64,000 bases of DNA, taken from the NCBI GenBank assembly GCA_963749345.1, contig CAVVMO010000004.1, positions 135,187 through 199,186 on the forward strand. The letters are read 5' to 3'. This DNA comes from an uncultured Bacteroidales bacterium (lineage in GTDB: Bacteria; Bacteroidota; Bacteroidia; Bacteroidales; JAADJA01). Shown here piece by piece: positions 20,851-31,400 of the stretch; positions within the stretch are counted from its first letter, which is position 1; each line of letters starts with the position of its first letter. A program made the position numbers and the translations under genes. Below the pieces are notes generated by a model that searched no databases, was not told the origin of the DNA, and saw only the letters and a list, made by a program, of their open reading frames with translations.

Positions 20851-20952
20851 ATTATCAATCTTTTTTACGGCAAAAGCAAATATAGAGATAATTGGGACTC
20901 TATAAAATATCATAATGGACATTCTAATCCACGAATCCGTGTGCAGGTTGGC

Positions 20953-21297
20953 TTAATTGAATTCTATGAGGATTTTTTCCTTGGTTACTTTTTCACCTTC
21001 CTTCACAAAAACCCCTTTTATTGTTCCATCAATTGGTGATATAATATCATTTCTCATTTTCATAGCTTCCAGCACCAGAAGTTTATCTCCAGCCTTGACC
21101 TTTTTTTTGGGAGCAATATAAATATTGGTAATAGTACCTGGAATAAAAGCAGTTATTTTTTTAATATCCTTAGGAGTATAAGGTTTCTTCTCCTGATATT
21201 TTTTTGTCAGGAAAGTCCTGTATTTTATGTTTTCAATGAGAAGAGACTTGTATTGCTCTTTCTTTATATCTTGTTGTAAATCTTTAATATCAGCCAT
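20953..21297 (-). CDS. Biotin carboxyl carrier protein
   Basis: AFIPGTI...LEAMKMRNDIISP biotinylation motif. Confidence 0.9.
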   Translation of the reverse strand: MADIKDLQQDIKKEQYKSLLIENIKYRTFLTKKYQEKKPYTPKDIKKITAFIPGTITNIYIAPKKKVKAGDKLLVLEAMKMRNDIISPIDGTIKGVFVKEGEKVTKEKILIEFN

Positions 21298-21359
21298 TAT
21301 TGAAACAAATTAAAATTCTTTTTAATATACAAACGAATTTTCTAAACTATTTAGCGTCA

Positions 21360-22907
21360 TTAAAAAGGTGGTATTCCATGTTTTTTCCTGGGTGTAACTT
21401 CTAGTTTTAAGGACGAGACCTCTAATGCATGTACAATAAAATTACGGGTTTCTTTAGGTTCTATAACAGCGTCAACATAACCATATGCAGCAGCAACGTA
21501 AGGATTTGCAAATTTAACCTTATATTCTTTTATTTTCTGTTTGCGCATTTCTTCAGGATTCTCGGCATTTTTAATTTCATTTCTGAAAATGATATTGGCG
21601 GCACCTTCAGGACCCATAACTGCAATTTCAGCAGTAGGCCAGGCACATACAAAATCAGCTCTTAAATGGTGAGAACACATCGCTATGTAACCTCCGCCGT
21701 AAGCCTTTCTCATGATAACGGTAATTTTAGGAACAGTGGCTTCACTGTATGCATAAAGTACCTTTGCTCCATGCCTGATCACACCTGCATGTTCCTGATC
21801 AATACCGGGTAAATAGCCAGGCAGGTCTACCAATGTTACCAGCGGAATATTAAATGCATCACAATATCGAATGAACCTCGCGGCCTTATCAGAAGAATCT
21901 ACATCGAGTACGCCTGCGAGAACCAGCGGTTGATTGGCAACAAAACCCACAGTTTGTCCTGAAATCCTGGCAAATCCAATGATCAAATTGGCAGCAAAAA
22001 GTTCCTGGATTTCAAGAAATTCAGAATCATCACATATGGCTTTGATTACATCTCTTACATCATAAGGTTGACGCGGATCAGCAGGAATAATTTCATCAAT
22101 ATTAAATTGCCTTGCTTTGGGTGGTTTTTTTGGAAATGGATCAGCTTTTTTGTCATTATTCCAGGGAATGAAACTGATAAGTTGCTTTATCTGATCGAAA
22201 CACTCTTCTTCACTTTCTGCAAAAAAATGTGCACTGCCGGTAATTTCAGCATGAACCCTTGCTCCTCCCAATTCTTCCATCGAAATGTCTTCACCCAGCA
22301 CTGTTTTTATAACTTCAGGTCCGGTAATAAACATTTTAGAAACATTTTCAACGACGAATACAAAATCAGTTAAAGCAGGAGAATAAACTGCGCCTCCAGC
22401 GCAAGGTCCCAGGATAACAGAAATCTGCGGAATTACACCTGAAGCTTGAGTATTTCGGTAAAATATTTCACCATATCCGGCCAAAGCATTTACCCCTTCC
22501 TGTATACGTGCGCCACCTGAATCATTAATTCCAATAATTGGGATTTTCAGCTTCATAGCATGATCCATAATCTTGATGATCTTCCCGGCATGCGCCCAAC
22601 CAAGTGAACCGCCTGCCACTGTAAAATCCTGCGCATATATACATACAGGATAACCACTTATGTTGCCTGTTCCTGTTACAACTCCATCACCCGGAAGATA
22701 CTTTTTGTCCATGTCAAAATCCCTGCCTGCATGCTCTACAAAAAGATCATATTCGTGAAATGATTTGGTATCTAGGATGGATAAAATACGTTCCCGGGCA
22801 GTTTTTTTACCGATGGCCTTCTGTTTCTCAATTGCTTCTGATCCACCACCTTTGATTGCTTCCCGCATTCGCTTTTTGAGATCGGCTGTTTTTTGTTTCA
22901 AGCCCAT
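21360..22907 (-). CDS. Acyl-CoA carboxylase beta / methylmalonyl-CoA decarboxylase alpha-type carboxyltransferase
   Basis: QDFTVAGGSLG, DSGGARIQEG, GPCAGGAVYSPALTDF, RKAYGGGY, KKHGIPPF. A TAAATTTG box is at 23058-23065. Confidence 0.93.
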   Translation of the reverse strand: MGLKQKTADLKKRMREAIKGGGSEAIEKQKAIGKKTARERILSILDTKSFHEYDLFVEHAGRDFDMDKKYLPGDGVVTGTGNISGYPVCIYAQDFTVAGGSLGWAHAGKIIKIMDHAMKLKIPIIGINDSGGARIQEGVNALAGYGEIFYRNTQASGVIPQISVILGPCAGGAVYSPALTDFVFVVENVSKMFITGPEVIKTVLGEDISMEELGGARVHAEITGSAHFFAESEEECFDQIKQLISFIPWNNDKKADPFPKKPPKARQFNIDEIIPADPRQPYDVRDVIKAICDDSEFLEIQELFAANLIIGFARISGQTVGFVANQPLVLAGVLDVDSSDKAARFIRYCDAFNIPLVTLVDLPGYLPGIDQEHAGVIRHGAKVLYAYSEATVPKITVIMRKAYGGGYIAMCSHHLRADFVCAWPTAEIAVMGPEGAANIIFRNEIKNAENPEEMRKQKIKEYKVKFANPYVAAAYGYVDAVIEPKETRNFIVHALEVSSLKLEVTPRKKHGIPPF

Positions 22908-23236
22908 AAAATAATTTTTGGTTAATTAATTTTGAAAAACTTTGTCCTTAATTAAAAATTGCCGGTTGAGACATTGTACTAATTGATCAAAAGATTTGGT
23001 AATCAAACCTTATAAATTTAAATTTCCGGCATTAAAAACGAATTAATTAAACTATTGCAAATTTACAATGAACGGATTTACAACTATAATGGGTAGATTT
23101 TCATATACTTTACCCGTAAATTTTACTACTTATATTCGTAACCATTTAAAAAATGGCAGGCAAAGATAGAAAATATAAATTATATAAGACCATCCAATTT
23201 TTCATGATTTCTTTAACTTTGAAAAAACTTTTTGCA

Positions 23237-23590
23237 ATGAACATAGAAGAATTAAGAGAATATTGCCTGTCGAAAAAAGGAGTAACTGAAAGCTTTCCTT
23301 TTGATGAAACCACATTGGTATTTAAAGTTATGGGTAAAATGTTTGCGCTGTCTGATACTGAAGATGAGTTCAGCATTAACCTTAAGTGCGATCCGGAAAA
23401 AGCCATTGAGCTGCGAGAAAAATATCCTGCTGTTCAACCCGGGTATCATATGAATAAGAAGCATTGGAATACGATTTATATAGATGGAAGCCTCAGCGAT
23501 GATATATTGAAAACCTTGATCGAGGATTCGTATAACCTCGTTGTTAATACTATCCCGGGAAAATTAAAAGATCAGCTAAAAAAAATATAG
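23237..23590 (+). CDS. MmcQ/YjbR family protein
   Basis: MNIEELREYCLSK, FPFDETTLVFKVMGKMFAL, LKCDPE, PGYHMNKKHWNT; start set at ATG 23237. Confidence 0.9.
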   Translation: MNIEELREYCLSKKGVTESFPFDETTLVFKVMGKMFALSDTEDEFSINLKCDPEKAIELREKYPAVQPGYHMNKKHWNTIYIDGSLSDDILKTLIEDSYNLVVNTIPGKLKDQLKKI

Positions 23591-23616
23591 CTTTCTCCAA
23601 AAACTTATAAATCTCT

Positions 23617-24459
23617 ATGGAATTCTCCATTGATTTCGAAAAAATAATAAGCTGGGTAATAATTTTGGGGATAATAGTTTTTATTGCTTTTAGACCAATT
23701 TTTAGAACATCCAGTATTTTTAAACCACTGGTTGATTTTGCAAAAGGGAAACCTTTATGGATTCATAACAATTGGTTTTTTAGAAAACTAAATTATAACG
23801 ATGAGGTTTTATTGAACAATCATGTTCCTTTTTATTTTAATTTATCTAATGAACAGAAACTGGTTTTTGCCAATAGAGTTTTGCGTTTTATGGATGATAA
23901 AGTCTTCAGGATTGATCCGGCAATCTCAAATAAACAATTGGTCAAGCTTCTTATTTCTGCCTCCTCTATTAAAGTAACTTTTGGGCTTCAGACCTATTTA
24001 TTCCCTTCATTTCATACCATTGTGGTAAGGCCTGAATCCTACTACTCAAGGTTTACACGATCGACCAATAAAGGAGAGACAAGCGGTGCTGGTTTTATAG
24101 TTTTCTCCTGGAAAGATTTTATATTTGGTATTAAGGATGAAACCGACAGTTATAATTTAGGTTATCATGAATTTGCTCATGCCTTGCATATAGAGCAGAT
24201 GAAGCAATCAATGGAACCTGATTTCTCTAAAAACTTTAACCAATGGCAAAATTATGTTGAGGATCAATCAACGGAAAAGGAACTCAGGGAAAATAATTTT
24301 TTTCGTAATTATGCCTATACCAATATCCAGGAATTTTTTGCAGTATCGGTTGAAAATTTTTTTGAAAAACCAGCTCAGTTTTCAAAAGAGCTTCCGCAAT
24401 TGTATTATTTGATGAAAAAAATGATGAACCAGGATCCGCTGTCAATCACTAAGAGTTAG
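23617..24459 (+). CDS. MtfA/M90-family zinc peptidase with an N-terminal transmembrane helix
   Basis: NLGYHEFAHAL, YAYTNIQEFFAVSVENFFEKP, NQDP. Confidence 0.85.
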   Translation: MEFSIDFEKIISWVIILGIIVFIAFRPIFRTSSIFKPLVDFAKGKPLWIHNNWFFRKLNYNDEVLLNNHVPFYFNLSNEQKLVFANRVLRFMDDKVFRIDPAISNKQLVKLLISASSIKVTFGLQTYLFPSFHTIVVRPESYYSRFTRSTNKGETSGAGFIVFSWKDFIFGIKDETDSYNLGYHEFAHALHIEQMKQSMEPDFSKNFNQWQNYVEDQSTEKELRENNFFRNYAYTNIQEFFAVSVENFFEKPAQFSKELPQLYYLMKKMMNQDPLSITKS

Positions 24460-24715
24460 GCTTTTCTTGTTCTTTGGTTTTTTTAGCTTTAAACATGTCA
24501 AAAACCAGGTATCCAAAAGCACCTCCCCATGCTGCACTCATCCAGGGATTTGAAGCGATTGCGCAGGTGCCCGAAACGCAACCCACCTTTAAATAATAAA
24601 TATAGCCGCCAATTGCACCCACAATTAATCCAGCTAAAGCAATAACAGGTATCCGTTTAATCAGGTTCTTTTTTTCCGGTTGAACAGTATTTTGATTTTC
24701 CATTGTATTCTCCAT
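24449..24715 (-). CDS. DUF6132-like small membrane protein
   Basis: GAIGGYIYY..VGCVSGTCAIASNPW with two transmembrane segments. Confidence 0.75.
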   Translation of the reverse strand: MENTMENQNTVQPEKKNLIKRIPVIALAGLIVGAIGGYIYYLKVGCVSGTCAIASNPWMSAAWGGAFGYLVFDMFKAKKTKEQEKPNS

Positions 24716-24719
24716 ATGA

Positions 24720-25151
24720 TTAAATGTATGCATTGATAGCTTTGATAAGTACCGGCTTTGGTTTCACACCAACAAACTTCTGGACCATTTTCCCATCCTT
24801 AAAGATTAATATTGTTGGGATACTTTGGATTCCAAGTTGTCCGGCAATTTTCTTATATTGGTCAATATCCAGCTTGCAAATTTTTGCCTTATCACCCATT
24901 TCATCTGCTATTTCATCCACAATTGGTCCCTGTACCCGGCATGGTCCGCACCAGGCAGCCCAGAAATCAACAAGTGAGACACCATTTTTTATGGTAGCAT
25001 TAAAGTTTCCATCTGTAAGAATTTTAACATTTTCGGAAGGTGGCTTTTTCATCCTGTTCCGGTTTCTGATAAACATATAAACAATATACGCCAGTATTAA
25101 CCCTGCTATAATGTAAGTAATAGAGCTTCCGCTATCTGTAGTCTGAATCAT
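24720..25151 (-). CDS. Thioredoxin with an N-terminal membrane anchor
   Basis: Transmembrane helix followed by DFWAAWCGPCR and SIPT. Confidence 0.9.
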   Translation of the reverse strand: MIQTTDSGSSITYIIAGLILAYIVYMFIRNRNRMKKPPSENVKILTDGNFNATIKNGVSLVDFWAAWCGPCRVQGPIVDEIADEMGDKAKICKLDIDQYKKIAGQLGIQSIPTILIFKDGKMVQKFVGVKPKPVLIKAINAYI

Positions 25152-25155
25152 TATT

Positions 25156-25482
25156 TTAAAGATTTTTTAAGATGGTGGATAAAATTTTTTCTTTTGGCTG
25201 AACCCCAACAAACTGATGAACATTTTGTCCATTCTTGAACAGGATCATCGTTGGAATGCTCATGATATTGTATTTTGAAGCCAGGGTTCTATTATCGTCA
25301 ACATTTACTTTACCGATCAGGGCCTTACCGTTCAACTCCTTAGCAACTTCTTCCAAAATTGGATCCTGCATTTTGCAAGGTGAACACCATGCTGCCCAGA
25401 AATCAATAAGAATTGTTGAATTTGCCACAACCTTATCGAAATTCGGATAATTCAAATGTATGGGTTTCAAAGTATCAACCAT
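25156..25482 (-). CDS. trxA: Thioredoxin
   Basis: DFWAAWCSPCK, MSIPTMILFKNG. Confidence 0.88.
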   Translation of the reverse strand: MVDTLKPIHLNYPNFDKVVANSTILIDFWAAWCSPCKMQDPILEEVAKELNGKALIGKVNVDDNRTLASKYNIMSIPTMILFKNGQNVHQFVGVQPKEKILSTILKNL

Positions 25483-25528
25483 ATAAGTTTTTTAAATGGT
25501 GATATTCAACAAATATGATGCCATTATA

Positions 25529-27967
25529 TCACTTAAGTATCACTACCGTTATTCCATGCCCTCCCCGTTCAATATGTTCATCATTAAATTGCCGAACTTC
25601 AGATACAGTTCTTAAATATTCATGGATCAAGGTTCTGAGGATACCAAATCCTTTACCATGAAGGATTCTTACTTCACGAATATTAAGTAAAATGGCATCA
25701 TCAATATAATGCCCTACCATGTCTACTGCTTCTTCACCTCTTTTACCCCTGACATCAAGTTGGTGATTGAAATTTGCCAGTTTGTCATTCAAGTTACTTA
25801 TAACAGAGTTTTTTAGAGACTGGGTGGATTTACTGATTTTCGGTTGGTCCTGCCTGTTTATCTTTTCTAACTTATTTAATTGCGTCTTGAACCGGATTGA
25901 ATTAAACCCTATGACTGCTTCATCATCAATAATTTCAAGGACTTCTCCGGTAACATCCTGCTCAAATATTTTTACAAAATCTCCTGTTTTAATCTCTCCT
26001 TTGTCGTCAGTCTTTTTCTCAGTCTTGGCCTCAGCCTTGTCCTTAGCCTTTTTCAGAGGTTGCTTCTGAACAACAGGTTCAATATCTTTGATTTTCTTTT
26101 CCTTTGCTTTGATCTTCTCCCTGAGCAGTTTTGTCTTCTCTTTGTCCGCCTGTGATTCTCTTATCTCCTTAATGGTATTTTCGATCAACCTATTCGAGGA
26201 ATCAATCAATTCTTCAGCTTCCTTTTTTGCTTTGAGAATGATATCCGATTTTCGGGATTCTAAACTTTGGAGCAAGTCCTGATACTTGTTAACTAATCCC
26301 TTTAGCTTTTCATCAGCAACTGTAACTTGCTGCTGGTCCTTTTCAAGTTCTTTCTTTTCAATTTCAAGCTGCTGCAATTGTTCATCAAAATCAAGCTGCT
26401 TTTTGCCAATGAATTTTTCAGCATTTTTTAGAATTTGTTTTGGAAATCCAATATTTCTGGCTATTTCGAAAGCAAAAGAACTGCCGGGTTTACCGATACT
26501 CAAAATATATAAAGGTTGCATGGCTTTGGTATCGAACAGCATGGCTCCATTTACGATCCCATTTTCTTTTCGGGCCATCAATTTCAGATTGGAATAGTGG
26601 GTGGTTACAACTCCAAATGTCATTTTTTCATTGAGTTTTTCAAGGACAGCCTGTGCAATGGCTCCTCCAAGCTGGGGTTCGGTTCCGGTACCAAATTCAT
26701 CGATGAGAAAAAGCGATGAAGGATTTGAATTCAGAACGAAATGTTTCATATTGGTCAGGTGCGAACTATACGTGCTGAGGTCATTTTCGAGTGATTGCTC
26801 ATCCCCGATATCAATAAAAAGGTTGGAAAAAATTCCGGATTGTGAATCATCTTTAACAGGTATCAATAATCCGCATTGAAACATATATTGAAGCAGGCCA
26901 ATGGTTTTCAGGCATACTGATTTGCCGCCGGCGTTAGGACCAGAAATCACAAGGATTCGTTGTTCCTGATTTAGTTTAATATCCAGTGGAACCACCGTTT
27001 TTTTCTGTTTTTGATGGGATAAAAACAATAAAGGATGAACCGCTTGATTCCAGTCCAGTTCAGGTTTATTTAACAGCTCCGGTTTAAGTGCATTAATTTT
27101 AATGGCAAATTTCGCTTTGGCTCTGATGAAATCAATCATCCCAAGAAACCGGTAAGCTTCAAGTAAGGCAGGAATCTGAGGACGAATAAAACTGCTGATC
27201 CCTTTCAGGATGTGAATGATCTCCCTGCGTTCTTCTCCTTCAATTTCCCGAATCTCATTATTGGTTTCAAAAACTTCCTCAGGTTCAATGTAAATCGTCT
27301 GGCCGGTTGCTGACTGGTCGTGTATAAATCCCCTCATCTGGCGCTTATATGTGGCAGGAACCGGAATAACCAATCGTCCGTTTCTGATAGTGATTTCGGC
27401 ATCATTGGTAACCCAGCCGGACTTTTTTGCCAGTTGTAAAGTGGAATTAATTTTTCTATCGATAGAAGATCGTTTCGATAGAAGTTTTCTCCTTATCTCA
27501 CTTAACTCTGCAGAAGCTTTGTCTTTAATATTTCCTGTGTTATCAATAATGTAGTCAAGTTTCCTGATTATTTCAGCATCAATTTCAATAGAATTTATCA
27601 AGGCATTCAGCTCGGGAAACCTTGCGGCTTCCTGTTTTGCAATAAAAGTGATGCAGTCTTTGATGGTTTCAAGAGATGATTTGAGATTGAAGAGCTGTTC
27701 CTGCTCAATATAGCTTCCTTCAATGCTTATTCTTCTCAACTCATCGGACAGATCATAATAATCATCGGAAGGGAAATTTCCTTCTTTCATCAGCAATTGC
27801 CTGAACTCCTCAGTTTGGTCTGTTAATTTCGAAAGAAGTTCATAGTTTGAAGTAAATCTGATTTTATCCACGTACCTTTCACCCATCGGACTCAGGCATA
27901 ATTCATGCAGCATTTCCCTGATCCTGTCAAATCCTATCTTTTCCTCAAAATTGCGGGGATAAATCAT
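25529..27967 (-). CDS. mutS2: Endonuclease MutS2 (ATPase plus Smr domain)
   Basis: ISGPNAGGKS, DIGDEQS...LSTYSSHL, DEFGTGTEP, Smr domain ILHGKGFGILR. Confidence 0.95.
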   Translation of the reverse strand: MIYPRNFEEKIGFDRIREMLHELCLSPMGERYVDKIRFTSNYELLSKLTDQTEEFRQLLMKEGNFPSDDYYDLSDELRRISIEGSYIEQEQLFNLKSSLETIKDCITFIAKQEAARFPELNALINSIEIDAEIIRKLDYIIDNTGNIKDKASAELSEIRRKLLSKRSSIDRKINSTLQLAKKSGWVTNDAEITIRNGRLVIPVPATYKRQMRGFIHDQSATGQTIYIEPEEVFETNNEIREIEGEERREIIHILKGISSFIRPQIPALLEAYRFLGMIDFIRAKAKFAIKINALKPELLNKPELDWNQAVHPLLFLSHQKQKKTVVPLDIKLNQEQRILVISGPNAGGKSVCLKTIGLLQYMFQCGLLIPVKDDSQSGIFSNLFIDIGDEQSLENDLSTYSSHLTNMKHFVLNSNPSSLFLIDEFGTGTEPQLGGAIAQAVLEKLNEKMTFGVVTTHYSNLKLMARKENGIVNGAMLFDTKAMQPLYILSIGKPGSSFAFEIARNIGFPKQILKNAEKFIGKKQLDFDEQLQQLEIEKKELEKDQQQVTVADEKLKGLVNKYQDLLQSLESRKSDIILKAKKEAEELIDSSNRLIENTIKEIRESQADKEKTKLLREKIKAKEKKIKDIEPVVQKQPLKKAKDKAEAKTEKKTDDKGEIKTGDFVKIFEQDVTGEVLEIIDDEAVIGFNSIRFKTQLNKLEKINRQDQPKISKSTQSLKNSVISNLNDKLANFNHQLDVRGKRGEEAVDMVGHYIDDAILLNIREVRILHGKGFGILRTLIHEYLRTVSEVRQFNDEHIERGGHGITVVILK

Positions 27968-27971
27968 GCTG

Positions 27972-27979
27972 CAAAGTTA
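27972..27979 (-). promoter_or_regulatory. -7 box 4 nt upstream of the mutS2 ATG (probable leaderless transcript)
   Basis: TAACTTTG-CAGC-ATG. Confidence 0.6.
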
Positions 27980-28495
27980 ATTCTAATTCAGTTTTTGCAT
28001 TTCAATTAAAAAAATATGAAAATTACACAGGAGAAAATAATAATAACAGTTGTACTGAAGTGAAATATTTTGTAATATTGTATCATTAATTATAATCTGA
28101 CGAATTACCTTTAATTCAAACAATTGGACAGAAGTGATGAAAAGCTTCCTACATAACTTAATAAGTTCTTTTCACAAGAAACTAGGAAGCTTAGGATCCA
28201 ATGTCAGAATTAAACTATTCCATCATTATTCCCTTCCACCAACCTTCCAGATTACCCGGTATTTCAGTATTAATGGAAGAAAATCCTCATTCTTAATAAT
28301 AAAACCATCACATCCAGGGGTATTAAAAAAAGAAGTTAGCTTTCAGGATTTGCGGACAGTGACTTCTCAGCGACTATCCTCAAGCCACTGCCTAACCGGC
28401 GGCAGCATTTCATGCCCTGTTGGCAGCAGCAGGGCAATATAGCTGGATAAACCTTTTATAAAATCATTTTTTACATTTTTAATTAATCAACACTT

Positions 28496-31400
28496 ATGAA
28501 AAAAACAATACTTTTCCTAATTTTCTGTGCTATCTTTAGTTTTAGCCAGGCACAGCCCTTAACAGGTATCAAAACTGTTGGCGCCGGTGGTGATTATCCT
28601 ACACTTGCTGCTGCAATTACAGATCTGAACACCAATGGCGTTGGTGCGGGCGGCGTGACTTTTAATATAACATCGGGGCATACAGAAACCTTCTCTTCTC
28701 CGACAGCAGGTTTAATCACTGCTACCGGTACTGCTTCCAATCCGATCATCTTCCAGAAAAGCGGTGCCGGAGCCAACCCGCTTATAACTGCAGGTACGGG
28801 TACTTCGACCACAACCGACGGCATCATAAAAATTGCCGGGGGTGATTATATTACCTTTGACGGTGTTGACCTCGCCGAGAACGTTGTCAACATCAACCCC
28901 ACCCAGCAAATGGAATGGGGGTATGCACTGGTTAAAAAGCAGAACACCGCTCCATTCGATGGTTGCCAGAATGTTACCATTAAAAATTGTACAATAACCC
29001 TCAATAAAACGAATACAGCCTCAGTGGGCATTTATTCAGGAAATCATATTGCTACTTCCACTACCTCTCTTAGCATTACGGTAACCACTGATGCAATGAA
29101 CAACTGCAAATTCTTCAACAACTCTATCGCTAATGTTTACTCCGGAATCCAGTTGAAGGGATATGCAGCCTCTGCACCTTATACACTTTATGATTCCAAT
29201 AATGAAATCGGAGTTGACGGAGCCAATGCAATTACAAACTACGGCGGTGGCGCTTCAACTTCTTATGGCATCTATTCAATTTACCAGACGGTTCTAAAGG
29301 TTGCAAACAATCTTATTTCAGGAGGAACAGGAACCTCTACTCTTTATGGTATTTTCATATCTACCGGTACCAGCGTTGACATATACAGCAATACCGTAAC
29401 GATTACAGGAGGGGGAACGAGCAGTTCACTTTATGGTATCAGAAACAACTCAGGGGTGTCAACATTTACTTGTAACATTTACGGTAATAACGTTACCAAT
29501 TGTTCCTATCCCACATCAACAGGCGGGATTTTTACCGGTATTTCTAATGAAGGTACACCTGGTACCCTCAACCTGTATTCAAATTCAGTGAACAACAACA
29601 CCCTGCCCGGAGATGGGAATTTTACCGGAATTTCTGGAGGTTCACCCGCCAACCTGAATATGTATGACAATACGGTATACAACAATTCAAAGACAGGTCC
29701 GGGAACACTATACTGCATGCGTGCCGGCTCCTCGGCTATCAGTTTTCACGATAATGTTATTCATAGCAACACTATTTCAACAACCGGCACGGTCACGGCA
29801 CCCGGAATCATTTATGGCTATTATAACAGCAGTAACTTCACGACAGAATCGATAGTTAATAACCAGATTTACGGTCTCACTGTTTCCGGATCCACTACCA
29901 GCAGCATAAGTACGATATGTGGCCTATACAGTAACTGCACAAACGGATCGTCAAAGATGGAATGGTTGAACATGATTTGGAACCTGTCGGTCACTACCGC
30001 GGGCAGCGGAACCATTTATGGCATGTACAGCGCATTAGGCAGTACAATTAATATTGAACAGAATAATATCTCCAATCTCAGCGCCAGTGGTCCAAGCGGT
30101 TTCGTTATTGGAATTTACCTTCCCAGCGGAACTACAGCGAACATATACAACAATATGGTGGGTGATCTGCATAAACCGGCAGCAAATGGGTCAATCTCAC
30201 TGGCAGGTATTCGGATAGACGGAGGAACGACGGTTAATGCATACTATAACACCGTTTACCTCAACAGCACCAGCACCGGCGCATTGTTCGGGAGTGCAGC
30301 GCTTTACGCTTCCACCACACCAACCGTAACCTTGCGGAATAATATCTTAGTGAATACCTCAACCCCAAGCGGAAGCGGCATAACGGCTGCTTACAGAAGG
30401 TCAACTATCTCCCTTACTTCTTATGGGAGCACTTCAAACAACAACTGTTTTTATGCCGGCTCACCTTCTGCAACGAATGTCATTTTTTACGACGGGGCGA
30501 GTTCTTATCAAACCCTGGCAAACTTCCAGGCATTGGTTGCGCCCCGTGATGATGTTTCTGTTACTGAAATGCCTCCGTTCCAGAGCACAATCAGTCCAAT
30601 GAACCTGCACATTAGTACAACAACTCCAACATGGCTCGAAAGTGGAGGCTCCCTAATTACGGGTTTCGATAATGATTATGATAATGACATCCGCCAGGGA
30701 AGCCCCGGTTATACTGGAACAGGAACAGCACCGGATATAGGCGCGGATGAATTTGAGGGGCAATCTGCCGCCTGCCCGCCACCAGGTAACCTAATCGCCA
30801 CCAATATTACATCGACATCTGCTGATTTAAGCTGGACTCCAGGGGGAAGCGAAACATCATGGAATATTGAATGGGGGCCGGAAGGATTTACACAAGGGAC
30901 AGGAACCTTAATCACGGGTGTTACCGCAAATCCTTATACAATCACAGGCCTTACACTTTGTGAATCCTATGATTTTTACGTTCAGGCAAACTGTGGCTCA
31001 GCTGGAAATAGCGGATGGGCTGGTCCTGCAACCTTCATGACCTCATTGTCGGGCAACTACACCATTAATAGTGCAGAGCCTACAGGGGGTACCAACTTTA
31101 ACAGTTTTACCGATTTAGCAAATGCCTATAACCTCTGTGGTCTGAGTGGTCCCACGACAGTAAACGTTATAGGAGGGAACCAAAAGGAAGTTCATACCGG
31201 GCCAATGCATCTTACATCGCCACCTACGGCTGAACAATTATTAATTCTTGGAAATGGAAATACACTTGAATACCTTTCAACCGATCCAAATGAACCGGCT
31301 ACGCTTTGGCTGGATGGTGTTGATAATGTCACTATAGAAAATTTGACCGTTAAGGCTTTGGGAGAAGATTCCGACGGATTTGGATGGGCAGTTTGGTTAT

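Noticed and set aside
22960-23031. TGCCGG…CCGGCA long-range pairing in the carboxyltransferase leader
   Set aside because: Only about 6-7 bp with no supporting structure; compatible with chance.
28381-28440. Cobalamin riboswitch suggested by AGCCACTG
   Set aside because: The GGGAA…GGTG.AA.TCC, GGGAAG and AGCCAG.AGACC elements are absent, and the downstream gene is not B12-related.
28134-28442. 102-aa ORF in the leader of the giant gene
   Set aside because: GTG start, no recognisable motif, and it overlaps the hairpin region; probably spurious, though a uORF cannot be excluded.
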